DNA of 40,368 nucleotides from Candidatus Woesearchaeota archaeon (GCA_016188175.1 JACPII010000099.1:1-40368); one strand, 5' to 3'; counted from the stretch's first letter, positions 7,930 through 19,215 are shown. Program-made: numbers and translations. Notes: generated from the letters alone by a model not told the origin.

Positions 7930-8056
7930 GCCTTCATGGAATGCGGGTTTTCTTTTAAAGGTTCACTTATAGAATAACGCTTTATGCGGCCAATCCATCC
8001 AGTCTTTGAGGTTAGGCTCTTGACTTGTTGAAAAGAGAAATCACTTCATCCATTAT

Positions 8057-8596
8057 CTAATTTTGGAACATTCCTTTAACGTCATCAATGGTTTTCCGTA
8101 GGTTGGCAACTCCCTGCCCATCAGAAAATTGGCTGAGAAATCCAAGAGTTTGTTCCATTTCAGAAACGTATGCCTTAAAGCCCTCAGGTGTAAATATCAT
8201 ATCACCGTCTTGATAGGGATCGCCGGGATTTTTTCTGTAAAGCGGCCCTAATGTTAGTAATTGGCTGGCTGCGGCTCCTGCATGTCTATCAGCGTTACTT
8301 TGGTCCACATCTTCATAAAAAAATCTTCTGACATTCCTTCTCCCCAACATAACCTGTGTTTGACGCTCAGGTTTTTCCCCTGGCCCCCGAGCGGCATAAT
8401 GAATGTGGCTTTCCCAACTGTTGGTTGTGGAATCAATGGGGAGAAATAGAGCATTCTTGAATGGCAGGATTATTGGGTTTGCATACATTTTACGATGTAG
8501 CTCTCGTACCAAATCGTCTTCTGTTTGGGGCATTTGTTCCGCTGCTATTCCAGCATTGCCCATTTGTCCTACTCCTGCCATAGTATAGTTCCTCAA
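8057..8596 (-). CDS. hypothetical protein
   Basis: 179-aa ORF with non-repetitive composition and no motif I recognise. It fills the gap between flanking minus-strand genes. Confidence 0.5.
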   Translation of the reverse strand: MRNYTMAGVGQMGNAGIAAEQMPQTEDDLVRELHRKMYANPIILPFKNALFLPIDSTTNSWESHIHYAARGPGEKPERQTQVMLGRRNVRRFFYEDVDQSNADRHAGAAASQLLTLGPLYRKNPGDPYQDGDMIFTPEGFKAYVSEMEQTLGFLSQFSDGQGVANLRKTIDDVKGMFQN

Positions 8597-8626
8597 ACCT
8601 TTAAGAATGAAGATTTCTTTAAAAAC

Positions 8627-9688
8627 TTAACCGTCAAGCTTCTTCTGCCCGGCATACTCTTCGATGGAGTCATGCAGGACATCCAATCTTACGCCGGCCT
8701 CTTCGAACATCTCCCGCGATTCTTTTGCTGCGTGGTATCTCTTTTCACATACGACCCGCTGGATGCCCGCCGAGATGGCAAGTTTTGTGCAGTCCAAACA
8801 GGGCTCCATCTTGCAGTACAATGTCCCACCGTCGATGGAAATGCCGTATTTTGCAGCCTGGGCGATCGCGTTTGCCTCGGCGTGGACGGTCCTGATGCAG
8901 TGCTGGGTGATCTCACCATCTTCGTGGATGGTCTGCTTGAACCAATGGCCGACATCGTCGCAGTGGGCCATGTGGGGCGGGCTTCCGACGTATCCTGTCG
9001 TCATGATCCGCTTCTGCTTTACGATGACGCAGCCTGCCCTTCCCCTGCTGCAGGTCCCCCGCCTGCCCACCATCTTTGCAAGCTCAAGAAAATAATCGTC
9101 CCAGCTCGGGCGCTCATGGGCGGCTGCCTCCTCCCATCTGGGAATGAGCTGCTCAATCTTGCTGTACAATTCTTCGACGGTCCCGTTGTTGAGGACGGAA
9201 AAGTGAGCCATATCGATGCAGTCCTGGATCTGCTGGCTTGCAGCGTTGTCGGAAACCAGCTCCTTCTGCTCGGCTTCAAGAAACTTTTCATAGGTGCCGG
9301 GCTCATTTTCCTTCCTGCCCCTTGATGCCATCCGCTCGAATCTCATCTTGGGAGGAGCGTCGATAGAGATCAAGACAAAGTGGCCTGCCTGGCTCAATTC
9401 CTTGACCTCTAACGGGTTGCGGATGCTCGTGATGACGACTTTTTCCGCTTCAGCGAATTTCTTGATCGCCATCGCAGCAAGGATGTGGCTTCCTTCTTTC
9501 TCCCGAAGCTGGGTGCCTGCTTTTTGGAGGCTCTCCCGTGTGACCGGAATGCCCTGGCTGGCGGTGTGCTCCCGCAAAATGTCAGAAAGAGAAACGTGCA
9601 CAAAACCCTTTTTTGAAACTATATACTTTGCAAAGGTGTCTTTCCCCGCACAAAATGTTCCGGTAACCCCAATGCGTATCGTCATCAT
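8627..9688 (-). CDS. fusion protein: N-terminal P-loop nucleotide kinase-like domain + C-terminal dCMP deaminase (ComEB type)
   Basis: N-terminal Walker A GVTGTFCAGKDT. C-terminal zinc deaminase motifs HAEANAI and PCLDCTKLAI. Confidence 0.75.
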   Translation of the reverse strand: MMTIRIGVTGTFCAGKDTFAKYIVSKKGFVHVSLSDILREHTASQGIPVTRESLQKAGTQLREKEGSHILAAMAIKKFAEAEKVVITSIRNPLEVKELSQAGHFVLISIDAPPKMRFERMASRGRKENEPGTYEKFLEAEQKELVSDNAASQQIQDCIDMAHFSVLNNGTVEELYSKIEQLIPRWEEAAAHERPSWDDYFLELAKMVGRRGTCSRGRAGCVIVKQKRIMTTGYVGSPPHMAHCDDVGHWFKQTIHEDGEITQHCIRTVHAEANAIAQAAKYGISIDGGTLYCKMEPCLDCTKLAISAGIQRVVCEKRYHAAKESREMFEEAGVRLDVLHDSIEEYAGQKKLDG

Positions 9689-9754
9689 TCCCTCATTTGG
9701 TGGATGAGGTGCTGTTTAAAAGAGTTGCGGAGAGGAAAAATCAACCTCGAGCGG

Positions 9755-10789
9755 TCAATCCCCAAGAATAACCTGCCCATTTCCCTTCTGAACTTCCCCG
9801 ATGATTGAAGCAGAGGGGTAGGTCTCTTTTAACCGATGGATGGACTTTTCTGCGTCTGTTGCAGGAACAATCGCAATAAATCCAATCCCCATGTTAAAGA
9901 CATGGTACATCTCCTGTTCAGAGATGTTTCCGGTTCTCTGGATCAGCTTAAAGAGCGATGGAACCTTCCATGCACCCTTGTGGATTACTGCGGAAACATC
10001 CTTTGGGAGTATCCTCCCGACGTTCTTGAAAAAACTGCCGCCGGTGATGTGGGCTAAGCCGTGAAGTACTATTTTTCCTTTGTTCAACAGTTTCGTCGCA
10101 GTGAGGTAGCTGGTATGGACCCTCAGCAGCGCATCGCCAAGGTTGGAGCCTAATCCAGCAGGCCTATCGGACAATGATAGTTTTCCATCGTCCAGCAGGA
10201 CTTTAATGGCTAATGAATAGCCGTTCGTGTGGAGCCCGGAAGAAGGAAGCCCTATCAAAACATCCCCCGGGCGTATCTTCGAACCGTCGAGGACAGACGA
10301 AGGCCTGGCTTCTCCAACGATAAATCCGGCAAGGTCATATTCTCCGGGCTTGTACAGGCCGGGCAGCTCGGCTGTCTCTCCGCCGATCAATGCACAGTTA
10401 TTTTCCCTGCAGGCAGCAGCAAAGCCCTTAACGATGCTCTCAACAACATCGGGCTCCATCTTTCCAAGGCCGATATAGTCAAGAAAAAATAAAGGCTTTG
10501 CGCCCATAACAATAATATCATTCACACAATGGTTGACGAGGTCCTGGCCAACGGTGCCGTGCTTTCCCGAGAGAAATGCGAGCTTGACTTTGGTGCCGAC
10601 GCCGTCGGTGCTTGAGACGAGGATCTTATCTTTGGAAACCTGGAATAAGCCTCCGTAGGATCCAATCCCCCCGAGAACTTTTGGTGAGAAGGTCAGCTTT
10701 GCAAGATCCGAAATCCTTTTCTTGGCAGCCTTTGCAGCATCGAGGTCAACTCCTGCATCCTTATAGGTTGCTGTCCTGGCCATGCTCAC
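9755..10789 (-). CDS. purM: phosphoribosylformylglycinamidine cyclo-ligase (AIR synthetase)
   Basis: Full-length PurM pattern: TYKDAGVD, DGVGTK, DLVNHCVNDI and GGETAE. Confidence 0.95.
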   Translation of the reverse strand: MSMARTATYKDAGVDLDAAKAAKKRISDLAKLTFSPKVLGGIGSYGGLFQVSKDKILVSSTDGVGTKVKLAFLSGKHGTVGQDLVNHCVNDIIVMGAKPLFFLDYIGLGKMEPDVVESIVKGFAAACRENNCALIGGETAELPGLYKPGEYDLAGFIVGEARPSSVLDGSKIRPGDVLIGLPSSGLHTNGYSLAIKVLLDDGKLSLSDRPAGLGSNLGDALLRVHTSYLTATKLLNKGKIVLHGLAHITGGSFFKNVGRILPKDVSAVIHKGAWKVPSLFKLIQRTGNISEQEMYHVFNMGIGFIAIVPATDAEKSIHRLKETYPSASIIGEVQKGNGQVILGD

Positions 10790-10839
10790 TCTTGCCTGAG
10801 ATGCATCTTAGGTGTTTTTAAGGGTTTGCATCGATATTT

Positions 10840-11886
10840 TCAAACCCCTTTGTCTTCTTCAAAGCTGTAAACGACTCTCGCAAGATTCCTGGTCTGCCTT
10901 GCCATGAGCTTCAGCCCGTCAACGATCCTTGCTGCGGCAACACATATGCCGACGGTCTCGTCAACATCACTATGTTTCTTCTTGCCCAGAAGCCATTGGG
11001 TATAGCCCCGATAAAAAGCGTCAAGCTCACCATACACCTTATCGTTCATGATCTCTATCGAATAGCCAATCTCCTTATTTGCCGTGTAGTACGATTTCAT
11101 GGTTTCCTGAAACTTCTGGAAGACTATGGAAAAAAGAGTTGCCAAATCTTTCCTTCCCTTTTCGTCAAGGATCACATTTTGAAGGTCTTCCGAGATCCCT
11201 TTCGCCTGGTCTGCAACGGTCTCGATACGGAGAACAACCCCGTAGTCCCGGTGAAGCCTTCCCGGTGTCGTATCAATCCGGCCGGCTATGGAGGGATTCC
11301 TCAATGCGCCTTTAACGACCCTGTACGCCAAAAAGTAGAGCCGATTGACATCCTCATCGCGCTCCTTGATGTTTTGGGAAAGCCCTGCCAATTCTTTTGT
11401 CTTCTTATCGGCAAGAAGCTGAACACATTTTATCGCATCTTCAATCATCGATTGGGTGAGGATATCCATCCGCCTTATCAATGCTTTTAGAGATATCTCC
11501 TGGTCATTGAGGAGGCTTTTTGCAACAATCTTTGATGAGGTTTGCTCCAATACTTCCAGGCCCGCAAGGCTATGGATGAATCCGATAACCTCCTTGGAGA
11601 TGGAATGGAGGGAAGGGGAGATGATGAGGATGGGATCATAGTTATTGAGGTAAGCCGACACCAGTTCTGTCCGGACACGCTCAGCAGCCTTCCCTTCCGC
11701 CTGGATGGTTATGCTCCGCTCCTCGTAATGGGGTTTTGCCGGCGACAGGCTGATGGTCAACCCCCCTTTGTTTTCTTCCAGAAGGACAAGGTCTCCCTTT
11801 TTCACCTTCCGCCGCTCGACAAAATCATGGGGCAGTGTCAATACAAAAGAATTCTTTCCAAAAGCAATCACCTTACGCATCTCCAT
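10840..11886 (-). CDS. AbrB/SpoVT-domain + PhoU-domain regulator (archaeal phosphate-uptake-regulator-like)
   Basis: N-terminal swapped-hairpin-like segment MRKVIAFGKNSFVLTLPHDFVERRKVKKGDLV is followed by two helical PhoU-like repeats. Start trimmed to the internal Met at 11886. Confidence 0.7.
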   Translation of the reverse strand: MEMRKVIAFGKNSFVLTLPHDFVERRKVKKGDLVLLEENKGGLTISLSPAKPHYEERSITIQAEGKAAERVRTELVSAYLNNYDPILIISPSLHSISKEVIGFIHSLAGLEVLEQTSSKIVAKSLLNDQEISLKALIRRMDILTQSMIEDAIKCVQLLADKKTKELAGLSQNIKERDEDVNRLYFLAYRVVKGALRNPSIAGRIDTTPGRLHRDYGVVLRIETVADQAKGISEDLQNVILDEKGRKDLATLFSIVFQKFQETMKSYYTANKEIGYSIEIMNDKVYGELDAFYRGYTQWLLGKKKHSDVDETVGICVAAARIVDGLKLMARQTRNLARVVYSFEEDKGV

Positions 11887-12037
11887 GTTCCCACCCCCGA
11901 AGCATTTTCTCAATTATATAATCATTAAAAACTTTATAAAAAAGCATATATCTTGTTTTTTGTATATATACTATATTTGTTATATGGGAAGGTTATATAT
12001 AAACCTTTCTCTGATACTATCCTCAGGTAAAGGGGTG

Positions 12038-12205
12038 ATGGCGATGGAAGCAATGATGGGGGACGAACAGCTTTTGGTTACCAGGGTCAAGCCCTTGGTG
12101 TATTGCGGCGCATGCATGATTGAGATGCGCCGGCTGCATGGTGGGGTGTTTGGCTGCCCGATGTGCGGAACTGAATTTGAGCGGCAGAACGACCTCGCTG
12201 TTTGA
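12038..12205 (+). CDS. small zinc-ribbon protein
   Basis: 55 aa with CGAC..CPMC cysteine pairs. GGTGA lies just upstream of ATG 12038, and an AT-rich TATA-like region lies at 11930-12000. This is the 3' part of track ORF 11753-12205. Confidence 0.45.
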   Translation: MAMEAMMGDEQLLVTRVKPLVYCGACMIEMRRLHGGVFGCPMCGTEFERQNDLAV

Positions 12206-12621
12206 TGCGGATTTCCTGAAGGCCATTTGTCCTGAAGCCTGGTGAGGATCGGCTCATGGCCATCTGTTCTGGAACAGAGGAATGGTGAACAGGACTGCAA
12301 AAGTTAATGGTGGATTAATCAAAAAACCAAAGGTGAGGCACATGGAATTTATTATTTTTTCCCCTGAAAAGGGGAAGCGGGTCTTTGGGGGCATAGACTT
12401 TGACAGTCTCCAAGATGAGTTTTTGGGGAAGTAAGGGCATCAAAAAAATGTTTGAACACCGGAGAACAAAAGAGTAAAGCACCACAAACCCTTGCTTCCC
12501 CCCCTTTATGGGGGTCACGTGGGGAATTTTTTTCTCAATCCTTAAGCAAATAATGTTATGCTCTATTCTTCATAACTTCCGACGCGGTCACCATGAGGGT
12601 ATTAATTGCAAGCAAATAATT

Positions 12622-13050
12622 TTAGGCCCTGTTCTTCATCCCTAATCTTTTGTCTACGTCTTCTGCAACGACTGTAAGGTCATCAAGAATCCTGTTGACG
12701 TCCTTCCGTATCTCCTCTACGGCGCTTTTCAAGCTCCCTCCGCGGAGGACGATAAACCGCTTGTGGCGGTAGAGGAGCCCTGCTTCCATGAGATTCCTCA
12801 GATGGTGGTTGACCCTTGCAAGAGAAATATCGAGGTCGTTCGCCAGCCCTTCAGACAGGATGGGCCCGTTCCGGGGGTAATGGAGCAACAGGTCTTCGAC
12901 AATCTTTTCTGATACACATTCGATGTCCCGTCCTGCAACAAATCCAAAACTGTTGCAGACCCACCTGATGTCGGTGCGAAGCTTCTTTTCCCTTGGCTTC
13001 TCCAAGTTCCTGAACCGTATCTCCTGGAGCATGGGGTTCCTTGCTCGCAA
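12622..13050 (-). CDS. winged-helix (ArsR-like) transcriptional regulator, divergent from groES
   Basis: LANDLDISLARVNHHLRNLMEAGLLYRHK is a typical HTH plus wing segment. Confidence 0.65.
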   Translation of the reverse strand: MRARNPMLQEIRFRNLEKPREKKLRTDIRWVCNSFGFVAGRDIECVSEKIVEDLLLHYPRNGPILSEGLANDLDISLARVNHHLRNLMEAGLLYRHKRFIVLRGGSLKSAVEEIRKDVNRILDDLTVVAEDVDKRLGMKNRA

Positions 13051-13104
13051 GGGGTTTATAAATTTATCTCAGTCTTGTATACATCATCTCGACAAATTAA
13101 GCTT

Positions 13105-13132
13105 TTTTTTGATTTTTCAAAAAATTTAAATA
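13105..13132 (+). promoter_or_regulatory. putative groES-groEL promoter with upstream palindromic operator
   Basis: Perfect inverted repeat TTTTTTGA-N4-TCAAAAAA (13105-13124) abuts TATA-like TTTAAATA (13125-13132), about 60 nt upstream of the groES ATG. Confidence 0.45.
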
Positions 13133-13192
13133 GGGGCTGTTATTTCCCCGGCTGAGATTGCTATTTTGAAAAAAGGAACGGGGGGGATACCT

Positions 13193-13465
13193 ATGAACAT
13201 AACGCCCATCGGTGAAAGGGTCTTGATCAAGCCCATGAAGGAAGAGGAAAGGACTAAAGGCGGCATTTACATTCCCGAATCAGCCAAAGAGGAGAAGAAA
13301 GAAGGTGAAGTCATCGCTGTCGGGACTACTAAAGAAGGAAAGGAGCTGCCCTTGAAGAAAGGAGATAAGATATTGTATGGCGGCTACAGCTCTGACGATT
13401 TCAAGGTCGATGGCGAGAAATATATCATTCTTGAATTTAAAGATGTACTTGCAAAATTAGGGTGA
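13193..13465 (+). CDS. groES: co-chaperonin GroES
   Basis: MNITPIGERVLIKP..GGIYIPESAKE..GEVIAVG is the classic Cpn10 pattern. ATG 13193 is preferred over TTG 13166. Confidence 0.9.
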   Translation: MNITPIGERVLIKPMKEEERTKGGIYIPESAKEEKKEGEVIAVGTTKEGKELPLKKGDKILYGGYSSDDFKVDGEKYIILEFKDVLAKLG

Positions 13466-15085
<1,620 letters not shown>

Positions 15086-15126
15086 GGGTTTGTGGGACTG
15101 GGGTTTGCAACAAATCCTGAGTCCCG

Positions 15127-15684
15127 CTAGTACCTCTCCCACATCTCAATGACATTATCTACCATTGAGTCGAGGAAGCTCTTTCGGTAAGTGATAAGAA
15201 GGCGGATGACCTCCTGGGGGTTAATCACGAGGGAGAAATAGGTGTTCCTTCCTTTTTTGGAATGAGTAATTATTTTTTCTTCAAGCAGCTTTTTCAGGTG
15301 CCAGGAAACGGTTGAAGGGGGGCGCTGGACAAACTGGACAATCTGCTCATATGAGCAAACCCTTTGCATGGATATGCACATGAGAATTTTCCTGAGGATT
15401 CCCTGGCGCAAAAGACCGAGTAATCTTTTGTTTTCCGGCTTGAATTCACTCGGAAAATAATGCACCTTATGGCCCCTCTTTTCTTCCATTACCAATCCAT
15501 GATTTACTAAATAGCTGAGGTGATAGTGGGCTACCCCCGTGGAAAAGCCGCTCTTTCTTTCAATTTCCCTGAAATGGGAACCGGCGAAGGATTTGACAGC
15601 CTCATAAACTTTTTTCCTTGCTTCCAGTGCCAAAATCCCTTTATCCTTTTCCCACGGCAAGCCCTTGGGTCCCTGAGATGCCAT
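15127..15684 (-). CDS. transcriptional regulator with two winged-helix (ArsR-like) domains
   Basis: Two HTH-like segments: FREIERKSGFSTGVAHYHLSYLVNHGLV and YEQIVQFVQRPPSTVSWHLKKLLEEKII. Confidence 0.65.
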   Translation of the reverse strand: MASQGPKGLPWEKDKGILALEARKKVYEAVKSFAGSHFREIERKSGFSTGVAHYHLSYLVNHGLVMEEKRGHKVHYFPSEFKPENKRLLGLLRQGILRKILMCISMQRVCSYEQIVQFVQRPPSTVSWHLKKLLEEKIITHSKKGRNTYFSLVINPQEVIRLLITYRKSFLDSMVDNVIEMWERY

Positions 15685-15693
15685 CTCAAACCC

Positions 15694-16050
15694 TCACTTC
15701 TTGACCATGCCAAAAAAGAATGCAAGCATGATTCCGAAGCTCAGGACGCTGGCAATGGGGTCAACCCAGCTCCATTCGGGGAAAAAAAGCTCGTGGGAGA
15801 GGAGGAATCCCTGCAGAGCAAAGAGGGCAAAGGCCAAGACGACAAACAAAAGCCTCGTCCGTTGTGTTCGCGCAAAGGCAATTGCAGCAACGGCGCAAAG
15901 CGCTGCTGCAAGCACCGCACTTCCCAGATAGAGAAGCTTTTCGGCTTCGAGGCCAAAAAACTCAAGGTCACCATCCCCTTCCGCAAATACCGTGACGGTC
16001 AGGCTAAATAATAAAAAAAGCAAAATTCCGGTTTTTCCTCTGTTGATCAT
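15694..16050 (-). CDS. small integral membrane protein
   Basis: 118 aa with about four hydrophobic helices. The gene is tightly packed against the downstream regulator gene. Confidence 0.5.
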   Translation of the reverse strand: MINRGKTGILLFLLFSLTVTVFAEGDGDLEFFGLEAEKLLYLGSAVLAAALCAVAAIAFARTQRTRLLFVVLAFALFALQGFLLSHELFFPEWSWVDPIASVLSFGIMLAFFFGMVKK

Positions 16051-16186
16051 TGTCTTTCGCCCCTTAGGCTGCGGGTATTCAGCCGAAATGTACTTTTTGG
16101 TTGGTTAAGCGGAGAATGGGGGCGGAATATAAAAAATTATGCCGGGATTCACGGACCTGTCCAAGCGAAATATTTCCTCCTGCGGA

Positions 16187-17122
16187 TCAGTCGTCGTCAT
16201 CCTCGTCTTCCTCTTCGTCCTCCCATTCAACATTTACGATTGCTCCGGAAGACTTGTCAACGAGAACATCTGCTTCTTCCCCGTCCTTTGAGATTTCTAC
16301 CTCCCAGGCATCCTTCCCATCATATCTCTTTGATTCTATATCGGTGGCCCTTCCGCCCACCTCGCGGACAGCAATCTCCTTCGCTTGTTCCCTGGTTATT
16401 GAAGAACCGCGTGCGCTTGCTGTGCTGCTTTCAAATCCATCATCTTCTCCTGATGTATCGTCTTCCCCTTCAGCATTGCCATCATCATCATCATCATCAT
16501 CATCATCTTCGTCTTGATCATCGCCATTGTCGCCTTCCCTATCCTCCACATCGATACCCCAAACCTTCCCCGTCATCATATCTACGAGAACATCAGCCTC
16601 TTTTCCGCTTTTCTGGACCTCGACCTCATAAAAATAAGCTCCGTTGATCTTCTTATACTCAACACCTGCCGGGTTCCCCTTAAACGCCTGCAAGGCTATC
16701 TTTACCGCCTGTGGTTCGGTTATTTTTGGGTTAACCACTTCCAGCTCTTTTTTTCCAATCTCGTCTTCCTTCTCGACCTTTAGGATTTTTCCTGTTGCTG
16801 CATCAACTATCACTTCTGTTTCGCTTTCTCCGTCTTCTATCTCCACGGAGTAGATGTCAATCTTATTTTTCTTTTCGAGTGTTATTTCAGACACCTTTCC
16901 GGAGGCGACCGAAAGGGCAAGCGAAGCTGCTTTTTGCCCGCTTATCATCCCTAGAGCATTACCTGCTCCCCTTGGGGTGGAAGCCTGTTGCGAGAACAAA
17001 CCGAGGCCCGGTGCACTATCAGAGACAACTGCAGCAACGAGCAATGCTCCAAGAATGAGAACAACTACTATAAGGAACCCCAATCCAACCCTCAATGCTT
17101 TTTTTAAATTTGTTTTTTCCAT
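16187..17122 (-). CDS. membrane-anchored PepSY-repeat protein with poly-acidic linkers
   Basis: An N-terminal TM helix is followed by three PepSY-like repeats (for example ITEPQAVKIALQAF..YEVEVQKSGKEADVLVDMMTGKV). The repeats are separated by D/E runs. Confidence 0.7.
   Translation of the reverse strand: MEKTNLKKALRVGLGFLIVVVLILGALLVAAVVSDSAPGLGLFSQQASTPRGAGNALGMISGQKAASLALSVASGKVSEITLEKKNKIDIYSVEIEDGESETEVIVDAATGKILKVEKEDEIGKKELEVVNPKITEPQAVKIALQAFKGNPAGVEYKKINGAYFYEVEVQKSGKEADVLVDMMTGKVWGIDVEDREGDNGDDQDEDDDDDDDDDGNAEGEDDTSGEDDGFESSTASARGSSITREQAKEIAVREVGGRATDIESKRYDGKDAWEVEISKDGEEADVLVDKSSGAIVNVEWEDEEEDEDDDD
16481..16507. repeat. (ATC)9 trinucleotide microsatellite, read as (GAT)9 = Asp9 in the PepSY gene
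   Basis: Nine perfect ATC units at 16481-16507, in frame on the minus strand. Confidence 0.95.
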
Positions 17123-17286
17123 CTTTCTGGTTACCCCCTTTCTTTAAGGTGATGGATAGCAGCAGTTTCCATTTAAATAGTGCATAGTTCAATAATCGAA
17201 CAATCGGCGTATGAAATTCCTGGAATGCTCCCGCAATTCGTTCTTAAAACCACACCTTTTTATTGAATCGGGCATTTTTCCGGATT

Positions 17287-18396
17287 ATGGCAGAACCCTT
17301 ATGCCCCTACTTTTCCAGGTGCGGCGGCTGCAGCGCCCAGCATATTGATTATGAAATTCAAGTGGAGAATAAGAAGAAGGTAATCCAGCAGGCGCTTGGA
17401 GTTTCTGATGTCAAGGCATTTACCGGAAACCCTTACTCGTACCGCAACAGGATGGACTTCATCTTTCACTCGGGGGGCGTTGGCCTCAGAAAAAGGTCAG
17501 AGTGGCAGACCATCGTTGATATCAGGCGGTGTGTTATTTCCCATGAAAGCCTTAACGGGCTTCTTGAACAGGTGAGGTCCTTTTTTAAGGAACCCGACGC
17601 ATTTGATGTGAGGAAAAAATCAGGCACGCTCCGTTATGCCGTCATCCGGACTCCGGAGCAGAACTCTTCGGTCTCTTTTGTCCTCAATCCAAAATCAGCC
17701 CGGTGCAGTTCAGTCATTGAAAAAATAAGGGAATTTGTAAAAATTTCCACAGCAACAAATGTCATCGTGGCTTATGTCGAGCCCGATACGGAAGAGAGCG
17801 TCAGCGATGAATTTTTTGTTGTCAAAGGAAGCCCTTTGCTGTATGAAACCCTCATGGGGAAAAAATTCTGGTTTCCTGCCCAGGGGTTTTTCCAGAACAA
17901 CCACGAAATGGCTGAAACCATGCATCGGTATGTTAATGGATTGTTCGCGAATTATGATACTTCGGGTTCCCACCTCCTTGACCTTTATGGCGGTGTTGGG
18001 ACTTTTGGAATCATCAATGCAGGGATGTTCGAGTCGGTCTCGATCATTGAAAACAACAAAGGGTCTATCGATTCTGCGAACGCGAATATCAAAGAAAATC
18101 GGATTCTCAATGCTGCTGCAAAAGTGCTCGATGCGAGCAAATTAAGCCAGCTACCTTTGGAAAAGCCATTGTATGTTATCACTGACCCTCCCCGGACGGG
18201 GATGCACCCCAAGACGATCGCAGCGCTGAATTCACTATCCCCGGAAGTTATTATCTATGTCTCCTGCAACATCCAGCAGACGAAGAAAGAGCTTTTGAAA
18301 TTCCCCCGGTATTCCGTCAAAAGCGCTGCGCTGTTCGATTTCTTCCCGCAGACACCGCACTGCGAGGCGGTGGTTGAGATGGTGAAAGGGAAATAA
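17287..18396 (+). CDS. RumA/RlmD/TrmA-family RNA (uracil-5-)-methyltransferase with Fe-S cluster
   Basis: Cys cluster CPYFSRCGGCSAQH, SAM-binding LLDLYGGVGTFG, DPPRTG, and a C-terminal VSCN..FDFFPQTPHCE pattern. Start set at ATG 17287. Confidence 0.85.
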   Translation: MAEPLCPYFSRCGGCSAQHIDYEIQVENKKKVIQQALGVSDVKAFTGNPYSYRNRMDFIFHSGGVGLRKRSEWQTIVDIRRCVISHESLNGLLEQVRSFFKEPDAFDVRKKSGTLRYAVIRTPEQNSSVSFVLNPKSARCSSVIEKIREFVKISTATNVIVAYVEPDTEESVSDEFFVVKGSPLLYETLMGKKFWFPAQGFFQNNHEMAETMHRYVNGLFANYDTSGSHLLDLYGGVGTFGIINAGMFESVSIIENNKGSIDSANANIKENRILNAAAKVLDASKLSQLPLEKPLYVITDPPRTGMHPKTIAALNSLSPEVIIYVSCNIQQTKKELLKFPRYSVKSAALFDFFPQTPHCEAVVEMVKGK

Positions 18397-18495
18397 CAGC
18401 GGATATAATGCTATAAACCAATACTTGCCATTGAGGTTTGGGGTAGAATTGTTTCAACTGCACATAGGTTTAAAAAACCAGTATAGTTCTCGCCT

Positions 18496-19215
18496 ATGAT
18501 GAACAGGATCACGCGTGTTAAAATAATTCCCGGATTTGATACATACAGGGATCCAAATGCCCTTGCTATGGGTGCATTATTTGCCTCAGAAGAGGCCCAA
18601 GGTTTGGGGGGATATCCTGTTCCAGCACTGCCTGTACACACCGTTATTGACCTTGATGCCCCACTTGTAGTTATTGTTGGAAGGAATGGTTCTGGAAAAA
18701 GTACTTTGCTATCCAAACTTAGAGTTCAACAAACCTATCAACCCGCATTCCAAAGAACCGGGAGAAATTTCGATTTTATGGAAGTTGAATACTCTGGAGA
18801 AGAATCTCCTTTAGTCTTTGGTTTTGAGGCTATTGACCAACCTAGCAAAATTCACACTCTTGCCCCTTTTGGGAGAGATAAATCTCTTGTCGAAATGGCG
18901 AGGATGTCTTCAGGGCAATATCAGTGGGATTGCCTTATGAAGTGGTTTGCTTTCATAGCAGGTTATGGCCCAGATTATGTGTTAACCATGGATCAGCCAG
19001 AGCGTGATTTGGACATTCTTGCAAAACCAAAAATGATTGATTTGATTTGCAACCATATTAGGCAGCATGACCATCAACTCATTGTTGCAACACACGAGGA
19101 AAGGTTTTTAAGAGTCCATAAAACTCATGGGGTGGATGCGATTGTGGTCAGTCTTCTGGAGACTCCGGCAAAATCTTATAGGATGGCAGAATTTGACCTT
19201 GGAAAATACTTATAG
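18496..19215 (+). CDS. stand-alone ABC/SMC-like ATPase (AAA_21-like)
   Basis: Walker A GRNGSGKST, signature-like MSSGQ, Walker B VLTMDQPERDLD and H-loop VATHEE. No transporter or nuclease partner lies adjacent. Confidence 0.7.
   Translation: MMNRITRVKIIPGFDTYRDPNALAMGALFASEEAQGLGGYPVPALPVHTVIDLDAPLVVIVGRNGSGKSTLLSKLRVQQTYQPAFQRTGRNFDFMEVEYSGEESPLVFGFEAIDQPSKIHTLAPFGRDKSLVEMARMSSGQYQWDCLMKWFAFIAGYGPDYVLTMDQPERDLDILAKPKMIDLICNHIRQHDHQLIVATHEERFLRVHKTHGVDAIVVSLLETPAKSYRMAEFDLGKYL

Noticed and set aside
8525-9325. 266-aa plus-strand ORF
   Set aside because: It is antisense shadow of the kinase-dCMP deaminase gene, which has clear catalytic motifs. Its composition is Cys/Leu/Pro-rich, typical of a non-coding frame.
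12206-12621. 415-bp gene-poor region with small hairpins (CCCCT-GAAA-AGGGG, CCCCC-TTTAT-GGGGG) and the 67-aa ORF 12315-12518, as a possible ncRNA or small gene
   Set aside because: I could not find a consistent long-range fold, a known RNA motif (RNase P, SRP) or a convincing coding signature, so it is left unannotated.
16101-16517. 138-aa Ser-rich plus-strand ORF, with similar ORFs at 16240-16647 and 16854-17147
   Set aside because: It is antisense to the PepSY gene, and the poly-Ser arises from the complement of the acidic GAT/GAA runs.
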